Virus record (IMG/VR): IMGVR_UViG_3300023214_000431
DNA length: 58,125 nucleotides
Reading direction: 5' to 3' (one strand)
DNA from: an uncultured virus (IMG/VR IMGVR_UViG_3300023214_000431)
Lineage: Duplodnaviria; Heunggongvirae; Uroviricota; Caudoviricetes
In this document: piece after piece, positions 36,996 through 47,467 of the stretch
Numbering within the stretch: the first letter of the stretch is position 1
How the letters are laid out: each line of letters starts with the position of its first letter
Position numbers and translations under genes: made by a program
Notes under the pieces: generated by a model
Databases searched by the model: none
What the model was told of the DNA's origin: nothing
Seen by the model: only the letters and a program-made list of their open reading frames with translations

Positions 36996-37724
36996 ATGGG
37001 AGCCGTTAATCCAAACCGATTCACGAAGTTCTTCGACCAAAAAATCGAAGTCCAGATGCAAGGCAAAAGCAAGAGAGTCACACGCACTCTTGTCGAGCCC
37101 ACGGCAAAGCTATGGGGTGTCATCAACGACGACCTCATTCGTGCCAAGTACGAACCTCTTCCTGGCGAGTTGAACCAACTCACCCAGGAAGATGTCGCCG
37201 CACATTTGGCAAAGGTCTACGGCAAGATTCTCGCCGACGAAATCGCAGCCGATCCAGACCGTCTGGGATACGCCAAAGCCAAGAACGACGAAGAGATCGC
37301 ACAGCTCATGAATGCGCGCCGTAGCGGTGCCGAGTGGCGCCCCATGAAATGGCTCTTCCAACTGGCCCCAGGAACCGGTCCCACGGTGGGGCCACAATTG
37401 AATCTCGTGCCCGAAGCCAACCAGGACGAGCGCGTCCCCCTCTTCTCACGCCTGAACGACTTCGACAAAACAGCCATCCGCTTTTTCAAGCACACTGTGT
37501 CCGAAGGCTTCCGCAACCGCCGCGTACCCGTCAGCTTCTGGACCGACGCCACCGCCAATCTCGAATCACCTTTGCCCGCGCCCATGCAGCCAAGCGATCT
37601 GGTTTACATCGAGACCCTTCGAGGCAAGCTCCTTCGCCCGCGCAAGAACGTCATCCTGCGCTTTCTGCCGCACGCCCCCAACAATATCACCGCCGAAGAC
37701 ATCGCCCTGGCGAAGAAAGCCTGA
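36996..37724 (+). CDS. Hypothetical protein in the fibre module
   Basis: AGGAG RBS; EIAADP..LGY....D.EIA.LMN. Confidence 0.75.
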   Translation: MGAVNPNRFTKFFDQKIEVQMQGKSKRVTRTLVEPTAKLWGVINDDLIRAKYEPLPGELNQLTQEDVAAHLAKVYGKILADEIAADPDRLGYAKAKNDEEIAQLMNARRSGAEWRPMKWLFQLAPGTGPTVGPQLNLVPEANQDERVPLFSRLNDFDKTAIRFFKHTVSEGFRNRRVPVSFWTDATANLESPLPAPMQPSDLVYIETLRGKLLRPRKNVILRFLPHAPNNITAEDIALAKKA

Positions 37725-37727
37725 CCC

Positions 37728-38216
37728 ATGGCCAACGAAATCCAAACCAAGATTGACGCCTCTGCCGACTTCGACATCGACCCTGAAGGCGTCACTGACG
37801 GCAGCGGCGTGCAATCCGCTTTCGTCGACAACAACGCAGCCGACGAACGTCGCGGCGCATTTCTTTCCTATTGGGAAATCACAAGCGCCGATGGGACTGC
37901 GCCCGACAACGGCGCCATCTACGAAATCTACTTGCTCCGAGCAAACGCTGACCCGGCCTCGGGCGCGTCCTACCGTACCGATGGCGCAACAAACGCCAAA
38001 GGCAGCATCACCATCGAGAACGCTACCTTGATGGGAACCATCGTCGTCACCGACAGCACCGGCACCACTTTCTACGGCGATTTCGACAGCGCGCCTCTTG
38101 GCCCTGTCGGATTTTCATTCGCTGTCGCATTCCAAAACGAATCCGGCGCGACCACGAGCGCAACCGCCGCCGACCACGACCACGAATACGCTCTTTACCT
38201 CCCGGAGATCCAGTAA
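37728..38216 (+). CDS. Acidic beta-sandwich structural protein
   Basis: SAFVDN, IYEIYLL, FAVAFQNESG. Confidence 0.75.
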   Translation: MANEIQTKIDASADFDIDPEGVTDGSGVQSAFVDNNAADERRGAFLSYWEITSADGTAPDNGAIYEIYLLRANADPASGASYRTDGATNAKGSITIENATLMGTIVVTDSTGTTFYGDFDSAPLGPVGFSFAVAFQNESGATTSATAADHDHEYALYLPEIQ

Positions 38217-38851
38217 TGGGACGACCAGTAGCAGGGCCGACGACCTATATCGTTTCGCGAACTGCCGACGCCAACTTCATCATCGAGGCACCAACCATAT
38301 TTGGTGCGGGAACAACGCCGCCCCTCGAACAAGTCATTCGCGAAGCTACTGCCGAAGCGCACGGCGGCGTCCCCAACGACTACGCAGTCATCTGGAACAG
38401 CGACCCGGCAGTGCTTGAACGGCTTGGCAGGGGCGACGCTCACACGGTTTCGTGGGATGGCGTGGATGAAGAAAACGATGCTGTCTACGACTTTTCCAAC
38501 GAAGAAAACAAACGCATTGTTCGTTGTTCGGTCAGCAAGAACAATTTCGAGGCCAACAACACGGATTTTGTTGTCGTCACGTGCAATGTGCATGTGCAGA
38601 ATCCTGATGGCAGTGCAGGCGCCATCGACGCGACGGTCAATGCCACTCGCCGGATCCCTGTCAAGTCCCCACTGGGACGCCGCTACATCGAAGTGACGTT
38701 CGTGGCCGGTGTGGCGACCTTCAACGTGCGCGGTAACGCGGCGATGGCCAATGGTGATTGGGCAGTGCCGGACCCGTCAATTGCTGATAACAACAACAAG
38801 ATTGATGAGCAGTCCATCGTCGAGTTTCGGGGGTACGTGACGGCGTTCTAA
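38216..38851 (+). CDS. Hypothetical protein with possible Ig-like C-half
   Basis: TAATG-coupled; VTFVAGVATFNV. Confidence 0.7.
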   Translation: MGRPVAGPTTYIVSRTADANFIIEAPTIFGAGTTPPLEQVIREATAEAHGGVPNDYAVIWNSDPAVLERLGRGDAHTVSWDGVDEENDAVYDFSNEENKRIVRCSVSKNNFEANNTDFVVVTCNVHVQNPDGSAGAIDATVNATRRIPVKSPLGRRYIEVTFVAGVATFNVRGNAAMANGDWAVPDPSIADNNNKIDEQSIVEFRGYVTAF

Positions 38852-38895
38852 GGTCCGCTGTTTGGTGCAGTCTGAACTTACTTCATGGGATTCTG

Positions 38896-40764
38896 ATGGC
38901 CATCGTTTCGGTACAGCGCGGGCAAACAACTTTGCCCAACGATACTCCCGTCAATGTCACGATTTCCGCTGTGACGATGGCCAACGCGTGGGTGAACCTT
39001 ATCGGCGTTCGATGTAACACAGTCGATTCTGGTGTATCTGAGTGGCGCCGGCAGCAGGTTAGCGCGCGGTTGACTAGCACAACCAATATTGAGATCGCTG
39101 TTGCCAACTCACCCGAAGATTCCAACATCGTCGAGTGGGAAGTCATCGAAGACGATGAGTTGACCGTTCAGCGTGGTCAACTGACCTCCTACTCCAACAA
39201 CCCGGGCACGAACAACGTCACCATCACGGCTGTGACATTGGCGTCAAGTTGGGTTTGCACTTGGGCGTCCGCCGATATGGGCGGCAGCAATGAATTTGGT
39301 ATTCCCACTTGTGCGTTGACTACCACGACCAATTTGCAGTTTGTGACCGACGATGCCGGTTTTGGCGTCATTGTGTCGTGGCAAGTCATTGAAGACACGG
39401 GCAGTCGCCTGACGGTCCAGCGAGTCAACGGCACGCTGGGCACTGGCACCACGGTCGATGTAACGATAACGGCTGTCGACTTGAGCAAAACGTGGGTGCG
39501 GGGATACGCTTTCCGTTCGGGCAGCGGCAACCCCATCGACGCCGATCACGAAGTACACTTTTTCCTGCAAGCGACAACGACGTTGCGTTTCGAGCGCACC
39601 AATACTGCGCCTAGCTCCTGGGATTACACAGCCGAAGTTATCGAAAGCACCGAAGTCGATGTTCAGCGCGGACAGTTGTCGTTTGGCGCGAATGCGACGG
39701 TGAACGCCACCATTTCCGCTGTTGTGATGGCTGAAACCTTCGTTATGATGGGACAGTCATACACAGGAAACGCGCGCTCAAATGATGCGGCGAATGTTGA
39801 CAACGACGATATTAATACTACTTCACTGACCAGCACCACAAACGTGCAGGGCGAGCGCGTGGACAACACCAGTAACGGCGTGCTTTCTCGCTACGAAGTT
39901 GTCTCCGAAGCACTGACTGCCGTGCCGTTGCCGGGCAAACGTCCCATCAACCCCGTGCGTCCGGTCTTGCAAAAGAACAAGGCGCTGGCCAATGGCCTTG
40001 TCGCATCGGTTTGCCTGGGCTGGGTCAAAGGGTTTCGCGCCAACGAAAACGATGACCTGGCCATGGACGACCGCACCAAGCGACGCGGCGACATCCAGGG
40101 CAGCAAGTCGGGCACGTTTGGCATAAACCGATGGGGCCGCCAGTGCAACGGTGGTAATTCAGACGACCGCCTGGAATGGGACAATGGCCCCGGCAACCAA
40201 CTAGGTAACATTGATGTCGAGTTCGGCACCGTCATGATGACCTTCCAACCCGACATCGCCAGTGGCGCCAGTGAACAAGGCATCTTGACCAAGCGGGACG
40301 GTGGGGGCGGCGCGCAAGCTGGGTGGTCGATTCAATCCGATGACGGCGGCACCGGCTACGAAATCGAAGTTTCTGACGGCACATCAAACAATGACTCGGG
40401 CAATGATGGCCCTGATATGGACACCAGGACACCCCAGATCATTGCAGGTCGATTCGACACCGAAAAACGTGACTACGCCGACATCTGGGTCGACGGCATT
40501 TTAGGGTCCAGCCAGAGCGGTCTTTCGGTCGCGGGCAGTCCTACCAACTTTGAAAACGTTGAAGTATTCGGCTTTGACGGCGACGATGGTCGCTTTGGTC
40601 AGGTCAACATGTTCGCGGTTTACGACCGTTTCATGCCTGACTCGGCTATCCAACAACACAACCGAGACCCGTACTACATGTGGCGTTCACAGGACCACAA
40701 ACGCTACTTCCAAGGCCCCGGCGGCCTCGTTGGTGCGTACCAAACCTACTTCCTCGCCTTCTAA
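38896..40764 (+). CDS. Adhesin-like protein: four repeats plus C-terminal LamG/ConA-like domain
   Basis: VQR[GV]....T..VTI.AV....[WF] x4; TVMMTF, GWSI, IWVDG, G.VNMFAVYDR. Confidence 0.75.
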   Translation: MAIVSVQRGQTTLPNDTPVNVTISAVTMANAWVNLIGVRCNTVDSGVSEWRRQQVSARLTSTTNIEIAVANSPEDSNIVEWEVIEDDELTVQRGQLTSYSNNPGTNNVTITAVTLASSWVCTWASADMGGSNEFGIPTCALTTTTNLQFVTDDAGFGVIVSWQVIEDTGSRLTVQRVNGTLGTGTTVDVTITAVDLSKTWVRGYAFRSGSGNPIDADHEVHFFLQATTTLRFERTNTAPSSWDYTAEVIESTEVDVQRGQLSFGANATVNATISAVVMAETFVMMGQSYTGNARSNDAANVDNDDINTTSLTSTTNVQGERVDNTSNGVLSRYEVVSEALTAVPLPGKRPINPVRPVLQKNKALANGLVASVCLGWVKGFRANENDDLAMDDRTKRRGDIQGSKSGTFGINRWGRQCNGGNSDDRLEWDNGPGNQLGNIDVEFGTVMMTFQPDIASGASEQGILTKRDGGGGAQAGWSIQSDDGGTGYEIEVSDGTSNNDSGNDGPDMDTRTPQIIAGRFDTEKRDYADIWVDGILGSSQSGLSVAGSPTNFENVEVFGFDGDDGRFGQVNMFAVYDRFMPDSAIQQHNRDPYYMWRSQDHKRYFQGPGGLVGAYQTYFLAF

Positions 40765-41258
40765 TGCAAAAACTCCGCTTTCCCGTCATCCGCAATCCAT
40801 GGGAGAAGGACGACTACCTCATCCTTCTTCACACCCCCGTTCGTCATGCTCGCCCTGGCTTCACCCCTACGTACATGCGTGTGGTCGGCATCAACCGCAA
40901 GGGCGAGCATAAACAGTTCTCGGTCCCACTTTTAACCTGGCAACTCGCCGATCAGAATCCCATCACCCTCATCGAAACAGACGCGCCCGACACAACCATC
41001 GCCAAACCCGTCACCGGCTCGAAACTCACAGACCCATGGAAAGTCGGTTTCACGGTCGTCGATGGAGTTGTAGCAGCTCATGCTGAGGCTCAAGGCAACC
41101 ACTACCTCGTCCAAGGGCTCGACAAAGACGGGCGCGAAAAGAAAATCGCCGTCAACAAAGGCGTCTTCAATGCAGCTTCTTTGCGCCCTCGCGTCTTCGT
41201 CCAAGTCGAAGACGACCATGCAGCCTTAGCTCTCGTCCGCGACCCGCTCTCGGCTTAG
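40764..41258 (+). CDS. Hypothetical protein with two internal beta repeats
   Basis: VVGINRKGEHKQFSV and VQGLDKDGREKKIAV. Confidence 0.7.
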   Translation: MQKLRFPVIRNPWEKDDYLILLHTPVRHARPGFTPTYMRVVGINRKGEHKQFSVPLLTWQLADQNPITLIETDAPDTTIAKPVTGSKLTDPWKVGFTVVDGVVAAHAEAQGNHYLVQGLDKDGREKKIAVNKGVFNAASLRPRVFVQVEDDHAALALVRDPLSA

Positions 41259-42296
41259 CTTCATATGCGAGATGGTCATCTGTCGCAACAGCGTATCGCG
41301 CCTCTCGTGACGGGTCCGTATAATGTCAGGCCAACGCATGTGCCACAGTTGCGGGCACGACGCTTCAGCCTGAAACCAAGCCAGCGCCTGGTAGAACTCA
41401 CCCTGCATCTCACAGAGCGTGCCCAGCATCCCAAACGCCTCGATACGCGGTCCTTCGTGCAAGGCTTCCACCGCCCAGAAGCGCGCATCACTGAACTTCT
41501 CTTTGCGCAAACAAGCTGCTGACAAAGAGACCTTCAAAAATGAACGGCCTTCACGGTAGGTCGGTTGATGTTCCGTCAGCTCCAAGTAGCGACGAACCAA
41601 TCGCGTAGCATCTGTCACCATGTCACGCACAAGCACGTCCTTGGCGACATGGAAAACCACCCACGGATCAGACAGATCGCCTTTCTCGCGCATCTCGTCC
41701 ATGGCTTTGCGCCGCTGGAGATTGCGTCGAAGCCTCTCTTCTTCAGAGCGCAGGCTGCGATCTTGTTTGATGACAAGACCTGAAGGGCGTTGTTCACGCA
41801 CCTGTACGGCAAGCTCGTTATGTGTCCCACGAGACCATTCCAAATCGGTTCGAGCCAAGCGAATGCTGCTGATGGACGTGTAGCCATCTTCGTGAATGAG
41901 CACCGGAATCGAATCAGCATCAGGACGCGCCTTCTCCAGATAGGCTTCCAGATTCGGAGGGCCTTCAGCGATCACTTCATCGCTGTCCAGGGTGAGCATC
42001 CACTTGGTGGTAATCCGATCTCGAACTTCGTTGCGAGCGGCAGCAAAGTCGATCTTGTCCGCCTCCCAATCCTCCTGGGTCATCCCCAGATCTTCGGCGC
42101 CAAACTCGAACCACAAGTCGACACCCAGCTCCTCGCACAGCTCGTTCAGCCTCTCCGGGCTTTCCGAACGTTTGTCAATCCCAATTACGATCTTTTCGCA
42201 ATAGGGCAGAGCAGACTCGATAGCTCGACGAACACCGGCCTGTTCATCACGCACGATCATCGCCAGGGTCACATCTCGTGTTCGCACAGAAGGCAT
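41226..42296 (-). CDS. GT2 glycosyltransferase with TPR-like tail
   Basis: VTLAMIVRDE, DFAAARN, WMLTLDSDE, THNEL. Confidence 0.85.
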   Translation of the reverse strand: MPSVRTRDVTLAMIVRDEQAGVRRAIESALPYCEKIVIGIDKRSESPERLNELCEELGVDLWFEFGAEDLGMTQEDWEADKIDFAAARNEVRDRITTKWMLTLDSDEVIAEGPPNLEAYLEKARPDADSIPVLIHEDGYTSISSIRLARTDLEWSRGTHNELAVQVREQRPSGLVIKQDRSLRSEEERLRRNLQRRKAMDEMREKGDLSDPWVVFHVAKDVLVRDMVTDATRLVRRYLELTEHQPTYREGRSFLKVSLSAACLRKEKFSDARFWAVEALHEGPRIEAFGMLGTLCEMQGEFYQALAWFQAEASCPQLWHMRWPDIIRTRHERRDTLLRQMTISHMKLSRERVADES

Positions 42297-42363
42297 TGTC
42301 CATGTATACAACCCAAAAACGACTAGACGCAATAGTCGAATTTTGAGTATAACGGACCACCCC

Positions 42364-45036
42364 ATGCCTTCTCTATCCCTCGCCATGATCGTCCGCAACG
42401 TCGCGGACACCATCAAACCAGCTCTGGCCTCTGTTGCAAGCTACGTCGATGAAGTCGTCATCGTCGATACAGGCTCAACCGACTCTACAGAACAAGCCAT
42501 TCGTAGCGTCTGCCCTCAAGCCAAATTCATCAGGTTCTGGCCGCACAAATTCGGGACAAACATCCGGAATGAAGCATTCATCCTCGACAGTCCCGAAAGC
42601 TGGGATGAGGAAATGCCGGGGAAGTTCACCGGCAACTACATGCTCGCTGACTTCGCCGCAGCTCGAAACCTGTCCTTCGAGACTTGTACCAAAGACTTCA
42701 TTCTGTGGATTGACAGCGACGACATCGTGCTGGGCTCTGAGCGCATCCCTGCCATCCTAAAAGAGATGGATCGAGATGCCCTCAACATCGGGCTTCTCAC
42801 TTATGAGTATGAGCATGACGACAAGGGCAACGTTGCTTGCGAACTTCTCCGCGAGCGCTTCATTCGCCGAGGCACCGCGACCTGGAAGCAACCCATTCAT
42901 GAATGCCTGACTCCCATCATCAACCCTCGCGTTTTCACCGAATGCAAAATCGTCCACCAACGAAAGAAGTACAAACTCAAGCCCGAGTTCGACAACCGCA
43001 ATATTAAGGTTCTGTACAGATGGTGGGAGAAGAACAAGAAAAGCCCTGATGTCGACCCGCGAATGCTCTTCTATCTTGCGATGGAAGAGCGTTTCATTTG
43101 GGCCGACCGCGCTGTCGAGCACTTCGAGCTTTACTGCAAGAAGTCCGGCTGGGACCAGGAGCGCGCCGTCGCACGATACCTGTGCGGCGAAATCCTCGAA
43201 GCCATGGGTCGCTACGATGAAGCCTTCATCTCCTACGCCCAGGGCTCCCTCGAAGATCCAGATAACCCCGACAACTTGTTTGGCGCGGCACGCATCTACT
43301 ACCAGCGCAACGACTGGCAAAAATGCGTCGACATGAGCCATATCGGCTTCTTTGTTGCGGAGAAACCCGATGCGCTCAAAAGCGCTCTACACCACAACCC
43401 CCTCGACCGCACTTACAGGCCACACATCTACCTGTCCGTCGCCTACCTCAAGCTCGGCCGGGTAGAGGAAGCCCTTCGTTCCTGCAACGAAGGTCTCAAA
43501 TTCAACCCCGATGAACCACACCTCAAGGGCAACAAGGAAGTTGCTGAAAGACACCTCGCACATCAATCGAAAGCAACACCGACCATGACTGACGGCGCAT
43601 TCAAAATCAGAGAAGACGAGCCCCTCGACACACCATCGAGCCCTGTTCCTTCAAGCATCCTCATCGTCATCTTGATGCAGATGTGGAAAAAGAACATGGA
43701 AGCCGGGCTGTATACGCGAGCGATGCAGCTTCTTTCTTCCGTACCGCCCGAGCTGGAGCTGCACAAGAAGGTCGTCCAGGCCAAAGACATCACCACCAAA
43801 AAACTCGAAGGTGTGCCCGAAGCTGACAGCAAAGAAGCCAAGCCAGCCATCGCCCCCGCGAAAGAAACCGCCGTCTTCCAGCCGGGCAAGAAGCTCCGCA
43901 TCGTCATTTGGACAGGCCCTGCGTGGGAGCCCTGGTCACCAAAGTCCCTCGACACCACCGGCCTTGGTGGATCGGAAACCGCAGCCATTTGCATGGCCAA
44001 AGAGCTGCGCGCACTCGGCCATGAAATCGTCGCTGTCCTCTCACAGTGCGATGGCATGGAAGGCGAATACGACGGCATCCCCTACGTTCACTTCCAAAAA
44101 GCCGTCAACAACCCGCACCTATTCGCTTGTGATGTTCTCGTCGTATCCCGCCAGCCTTCAGCGCTCAGCACCGGCATCCCCCACAAGACATCCTACGTCT
44201 GGGTTCACGACATCCACCTCGGCGACCCGTCCCAGGGCGACCTTTCCAAACATCTTCTCAAGGCCGATCACTACTTCTGCCTTTCTCAGTGGCACAAAGA
44301 GTTCTTCCTCAAGACCTACCCTTTCATCCACGCCGATAGCGTGATCGTGACGAAGAACGGACTTGACCTCAAATACTTCGAGAACAAGCCCATCAAAGAA
44401 GGCAACCGCCTCATCTACTCATCATCCCCCGACCGGGGGTTAGCTCGTTTGCTCGAACTCTTTCCACGCATCCGTGAGCGTGTGCCCGACGCACAGCTCG
44501 ACGTGTACTACGGCTTTGTCACCTGGAAGTCCATGGCCAAACAGGCCAACGACCATGGCCAGCTCGCTCAAATCGAAAAATTCGAGCAGATGCTTGAAGC
44601 CCAAAAGAACGCAGGCGTCACCTACCATGGCCGCGTCAGCAAAACCGAACTCGCGCAAGCCTTCCTCCGCAGCAAGGTCTGGGCTTACCCGACATGGTTC
44701 ACCGAGACCTATTGCATCACCGCCATCGAAGCGGCTGCCGCTGGCTGCGTGCCCGTAACGACTGCGCTCGCCGCATTACCGGAAACCGTCTCACACGGTT
44801 TCGTCCTTCAACGTGCCAAACCCGATAGCGAAGAGTACGCAAAGACCTTCGTTGATCGAGTCGTTAAACTTCTCACCAACGAAGAAGAACGAAGCAAGTT
44901 CGCTCAAGGCGGCAGACAGTACGCTTTCGCCCATCACGGCTGGGACAAGGTTGCAAGCAAATGGGCTGAGCACTTCCAAGCCTCCCTCAAACAAAAATCC
45001 GAACTGCCCATCTCTCTTCCCCGCTTCGGAGTCTGA
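42364..45036 (+). CDS. GT2-TPR-GT4 fusion glycosyltransferase
   Basis: LSLAMIVRN, DTGSTD, ILWIDSDD, TPRs; then GGSETA, YSSSPDRGL, ETYCITAIEA (Ex7E). Confidence 0.92.
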   Translation: MPSLSLAMIVRNVADTIKPALASVASYVDEVVIVDTGSTDSTEQAIRSVCPQAKFIRFWPHKFGTNIRNEAFILDSPESWDEEMPGKFTGNYMLADFAAARNLSFETCTKDFILWIDSDDIVLGSERIPAILKEMDRDALNIGLLTYEYEHDDKGNVACELLRERFIRRGTATWKQPIHECLTPIINPRVFTECKIVHQRKKYKLKPEFDNRNIKVLYRWWEKNKKSPDVDPRMLFYLAMEERFIWADRAVEHFELYCKKSGWDQERAVARYLCGEILEAMGRYDEAFISYAQGSLEDPDNPDNLFGAARIYYQRNDWQKCVDMSHIGFFVAEKPDALKSALHHNPLDRTYRPHIYLSVAYLKLGRVEEALRSCNEGLKFNPDEPHLKGNKEVAERHLAHQSKATPTMTDGAFKIREDEPLDTPSSPVPSSILIVILMQMWKKNMEAGLYTRAMQLLSSVPPELELHKKVVQAKDITTKKLEGVPEADSKEAKPAIAPAKETAVFQPGKKLRIVIWTGPAWEPWSPKSLDTTGLGGSETAAICMAKELRALGHEIVAVLSQCDGMEGEYDGIPYVHFQKAVNNPHLFACDVLVVSRQPSALSTGIPHKTSYVWVHDIHLGDPSQGDLSKHLLKADHYFCLSQWHKEFFLKTYPFIHADSVIVTKNGLDLKYFENKPIKEGNRLIYSSSPDRGLARLLELFPRIRERVPDAQLDVYYGFVTWKSMAKQANDHGQLAQIEKFEQMLEAQKNAGVTYHGRVSKTELAQAFLRSKVWAYPTWFTETYCITAIEAAAAGCVPVTTALAALPETVSHGFVLQRAKPDSEEYAKTFVDRVVKLLTNEEERSKFAQGGRQYAFAHHGWDKVASKWAEHFQASLKQKSELPISLPRFGV

Positions 45037-45038
45037 CC

Positions 45039-47465
45039 ATGAACCCTTTGAAAGTTGCCCTCATCTGCGGAAAATTCTCCACTGGTCTACACGGGTCCAT
45101 CGACGCTGAAAGACTCTTCGAAGCCCGCGCCCTAACCGGCTCCGAATCTTCCTTCTTCAACCTCGCTCGCGGTCTATCCGAACTTGGCCACACAGTCCAT
45201 GTCTTCTGCGATGTCGTCAAACCCCTCGAACATTGCGAGCGGCTTGCAGGCGCTGCCGTCCGTCACATCGACAACGACCCAGGCGACAAGTACGACGCTT
45301 ATGTCTCGCTGAACGAACCCGATCAATTCCGCCGCCTACCAAACGACGTGCGCGGCTTGCGCATCGTCCAGCAGCAGCTCAACGACTTCCCCTACTGCAT
45401 GGAAGGCTTCGACAACTACGTCGACATCTACGCCTTCCTCGCCCCCGCCCACCGCGACTACGTTCTTTCGGTCACTCCCCAGATCGCGAAGAAAAAAGCG
45501 TGGTGGATTCCCAACTCCATCAACCCCGAAATCTCTGCCAAGTTCGCAGGGCTCCCCAAGGTCAAAAACTCGATGGCCTGGTGTTCATCCCCCGACCGGG
45601 GTCTGCACCGCCTGTTGGAGATGTGGCCTTACATCCGCAAGGAGATCCCAGACGCCACTCTCAAGATCTTCTATCGCTTCCAGCCGTGGTACGACTCGTT
45701 TGCGAACGACCATTCGCCGCTTGGTGCTCGTGCGCGCTACATCGGCGAGTGCCTCGACCGGTTGGGGCGCAATGGCGAAAATGGCGTGACCCTGGTTGGC
45801 GCTGTGCCCAACGTCAAGCTCGCTGAAGAACTCGCCCGCACCGAGATTCTGCCCTACACCTGCGACTGCGTGCGCTTCACCGAGGGCTTCTCCGTGAGCA
45901 TCATGGATGCCTGTGCAGCGGGTGCCGTCCCCGTCATCACCGACACCGACGCCATCGGCGACATCTACCGTGGCGTGGCTGTGGTGCTGCCCGAGAACCC
46001 TGGCGATCACATCGAGGCATGGGTCAAGGAGCTTGCGAAAATCAGTCGTGATGATGAGTACCGCCGCGTACTCGTCAATCGAGGCCGGAAGTTCGCCGAA
46101 CGCTTCGAGCGCATGCGAGTCGCCAAGCTCTGGGAAATCATGATGGCCTCGAACCAGGGCCACAAAGAAAATCCAGTGTTTACGGAAATGCCGCAAAGCG
46201 TCTCCGATTATGCGGCCCCTGTCGGACAGCCCGTTTCCGGCGACCAGTCGAAATTCGACCCGATTGTACGCACGGAGGCGCCACAGGAGCCCGAACGCAT
46301 CCCAGCGCCCGAGAACACGGCACCACCTTCCACGCCTCCTGCGGCTTCTCAGGCACGCTCAGCACCCGTCGCTCACGCGTCGCAGAAAAGCGCCCGGATC
46401 TCCCGGGGCCCCCGCGTCTCCATCGTGATGCCCGCCTACCGGCCTGGCGGCATGGACATCACCTTCGAGGGGCTCTCGAAACAAACCGAAAAGGACTTCG
46501 AGCTGATCGTGGTCGACAGCCGCTACGAGCGCCGTCAACGCAAGATGCAAGAACTGGCCGACCACTACGGCATCCCGCTCATCCATGCACCTGAGCACCG
46601 CCGCAACGGCAAGTGGATTGTCTTCTGTGCTGCCATGAACACCGGCTTTGCTCTGGCCCGAGGGGAGTTCGTCATCATGCTGCTCGACTTCACCTGGGTT
46701 CCACCCAACTGGATTGAAAAGCACTTGCAGGCCCATGAAGGCAGCTTCCGCCGCTACATCACCGCCGACAACCTGCACGTCGATCTGCCCGAGGTCTTAT
46801 TCAAGCGTCCATACACGCCGCCCGACATGGAAGAGGCCAATCGGAGCAAGACAACCCTCGATGAACTCTTCCACGGCGGCATCGTCGATGAAGTCGCCTT
46901 CTTTAAAGACGGCCTCTTCCAATCCGAATGGGTTCCCAACCTACCCATAGGCCCCCAACAATGGCAGTCCGGCCTCACCGAACAATTCCAAAAAGGCGCC
47001 AAGCCTGATTGGGCGTGGCCCCACTTGTCAAACGATTCCATTCGTCGCGACCTCATCCTGGAACTTAACGGCTTCGATGAACGATACGACTTCTCCCGCA
47101 GCATCGCCGATCAGAACTTTGCAATGCGCGCGCAAATGGCTGGAATCGAAATCGGGTTCACCGACAACCGTGTCACGATGCCTAACCCACGTTTCCTTGC
47201 CCGCACCCTTCCATACGGTGCCGACAAGGAGCGCGTCGAAGGACGTTGGAACACACAAGACGGCATCGACTACAACAACATCGTTGCCGAAACCGGCGCG
47301 ACCTTCGCCGACAACCCATTCATCCTCCACAATCTCACAGTTGAACTCGAACCGTGGCGCAACCACGACGCCACTCGTGTTCCTCGCGACATCCCCGACA
47401 TCGCATATTGGCGTCGACCCATGACGCCCGAGACGCCACCCATGACCGAAAACATTGGGAAGTAA
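45039..47465 (+). CDS. GT4-linker-GT2 fusion glycosyltransferase
   Basis: TGSES, SSPDRGL, EGFSVSIMDA; then VSIVMPAY, QT.KDFELIVVD, LNGFDERY. Confidence 0.9.
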   Translation: MNPLKVALICGKFSTGLHGSIDAERLFEARALTGSESSFFNLARGLSELGHTVHVFCDVVKPLEHCERLAGAAVRHIDNDPGDKYDAYVSLNEPDQFRRLPNDVRGLRIVQQQLNDFPYCMEGFDNYVDIYAFLAPAHRDYVLSVTPQIAKKKAWWIPNSINPEISAKFAGLPKVKNSMAWCSSPDRGLHRLLEMWPYIRKEIPDATLKIFYRFQPWYDSFANDHSPLGARARYIGECLDRLGRNGENGVTLVGAVPNVKLAEELARTEILPYTCDCVRFTEGFSVSIMDACAAGAVPVITDTDAIGDIYRGVAVVLPENPGDHIEAWVKELAKISRDDEYRRVLVNRGRKFAERFERMRVAKLWEIMMASNQGHKENPVFTEMPQSVSDYAAPVGQPVSGDQSKFDPIVRTEAPQEPERIPAPENTAPPSTPPAASQARSAPVAHASQKSARISRGPRVSIVMPAYRPGGMDITFEGLSKQTEKDFELIVVDSRYERRQRKMQELADHYGIPLIHAPEHRRNGKWIVFCAAMNTGFALARGEFVIMLLDFTWVPPNWIEKHLQAHEGSFRRYITADNLHVDLPEVLFKRPYTPPDMEEANRSKTTLDELFHGGIVDEVAFFKDGLFQSEWVPNLPIGPQQWQSGLTEQFQKGAKPDWAWPHLSNDSIRRDLILELNGFDERYDFSRSIADQNFAMRAQMAGIEIGFTDNRVTMPNPRFLARTLPYGADKERVEGRWNTQDGIDYNNIVAETGATFADNPFILHNLTVELEPWRNHDATRVPRDIPDIAYWRRPMTPETPPMTENIGK

Positions 47466-47467
47466 CC

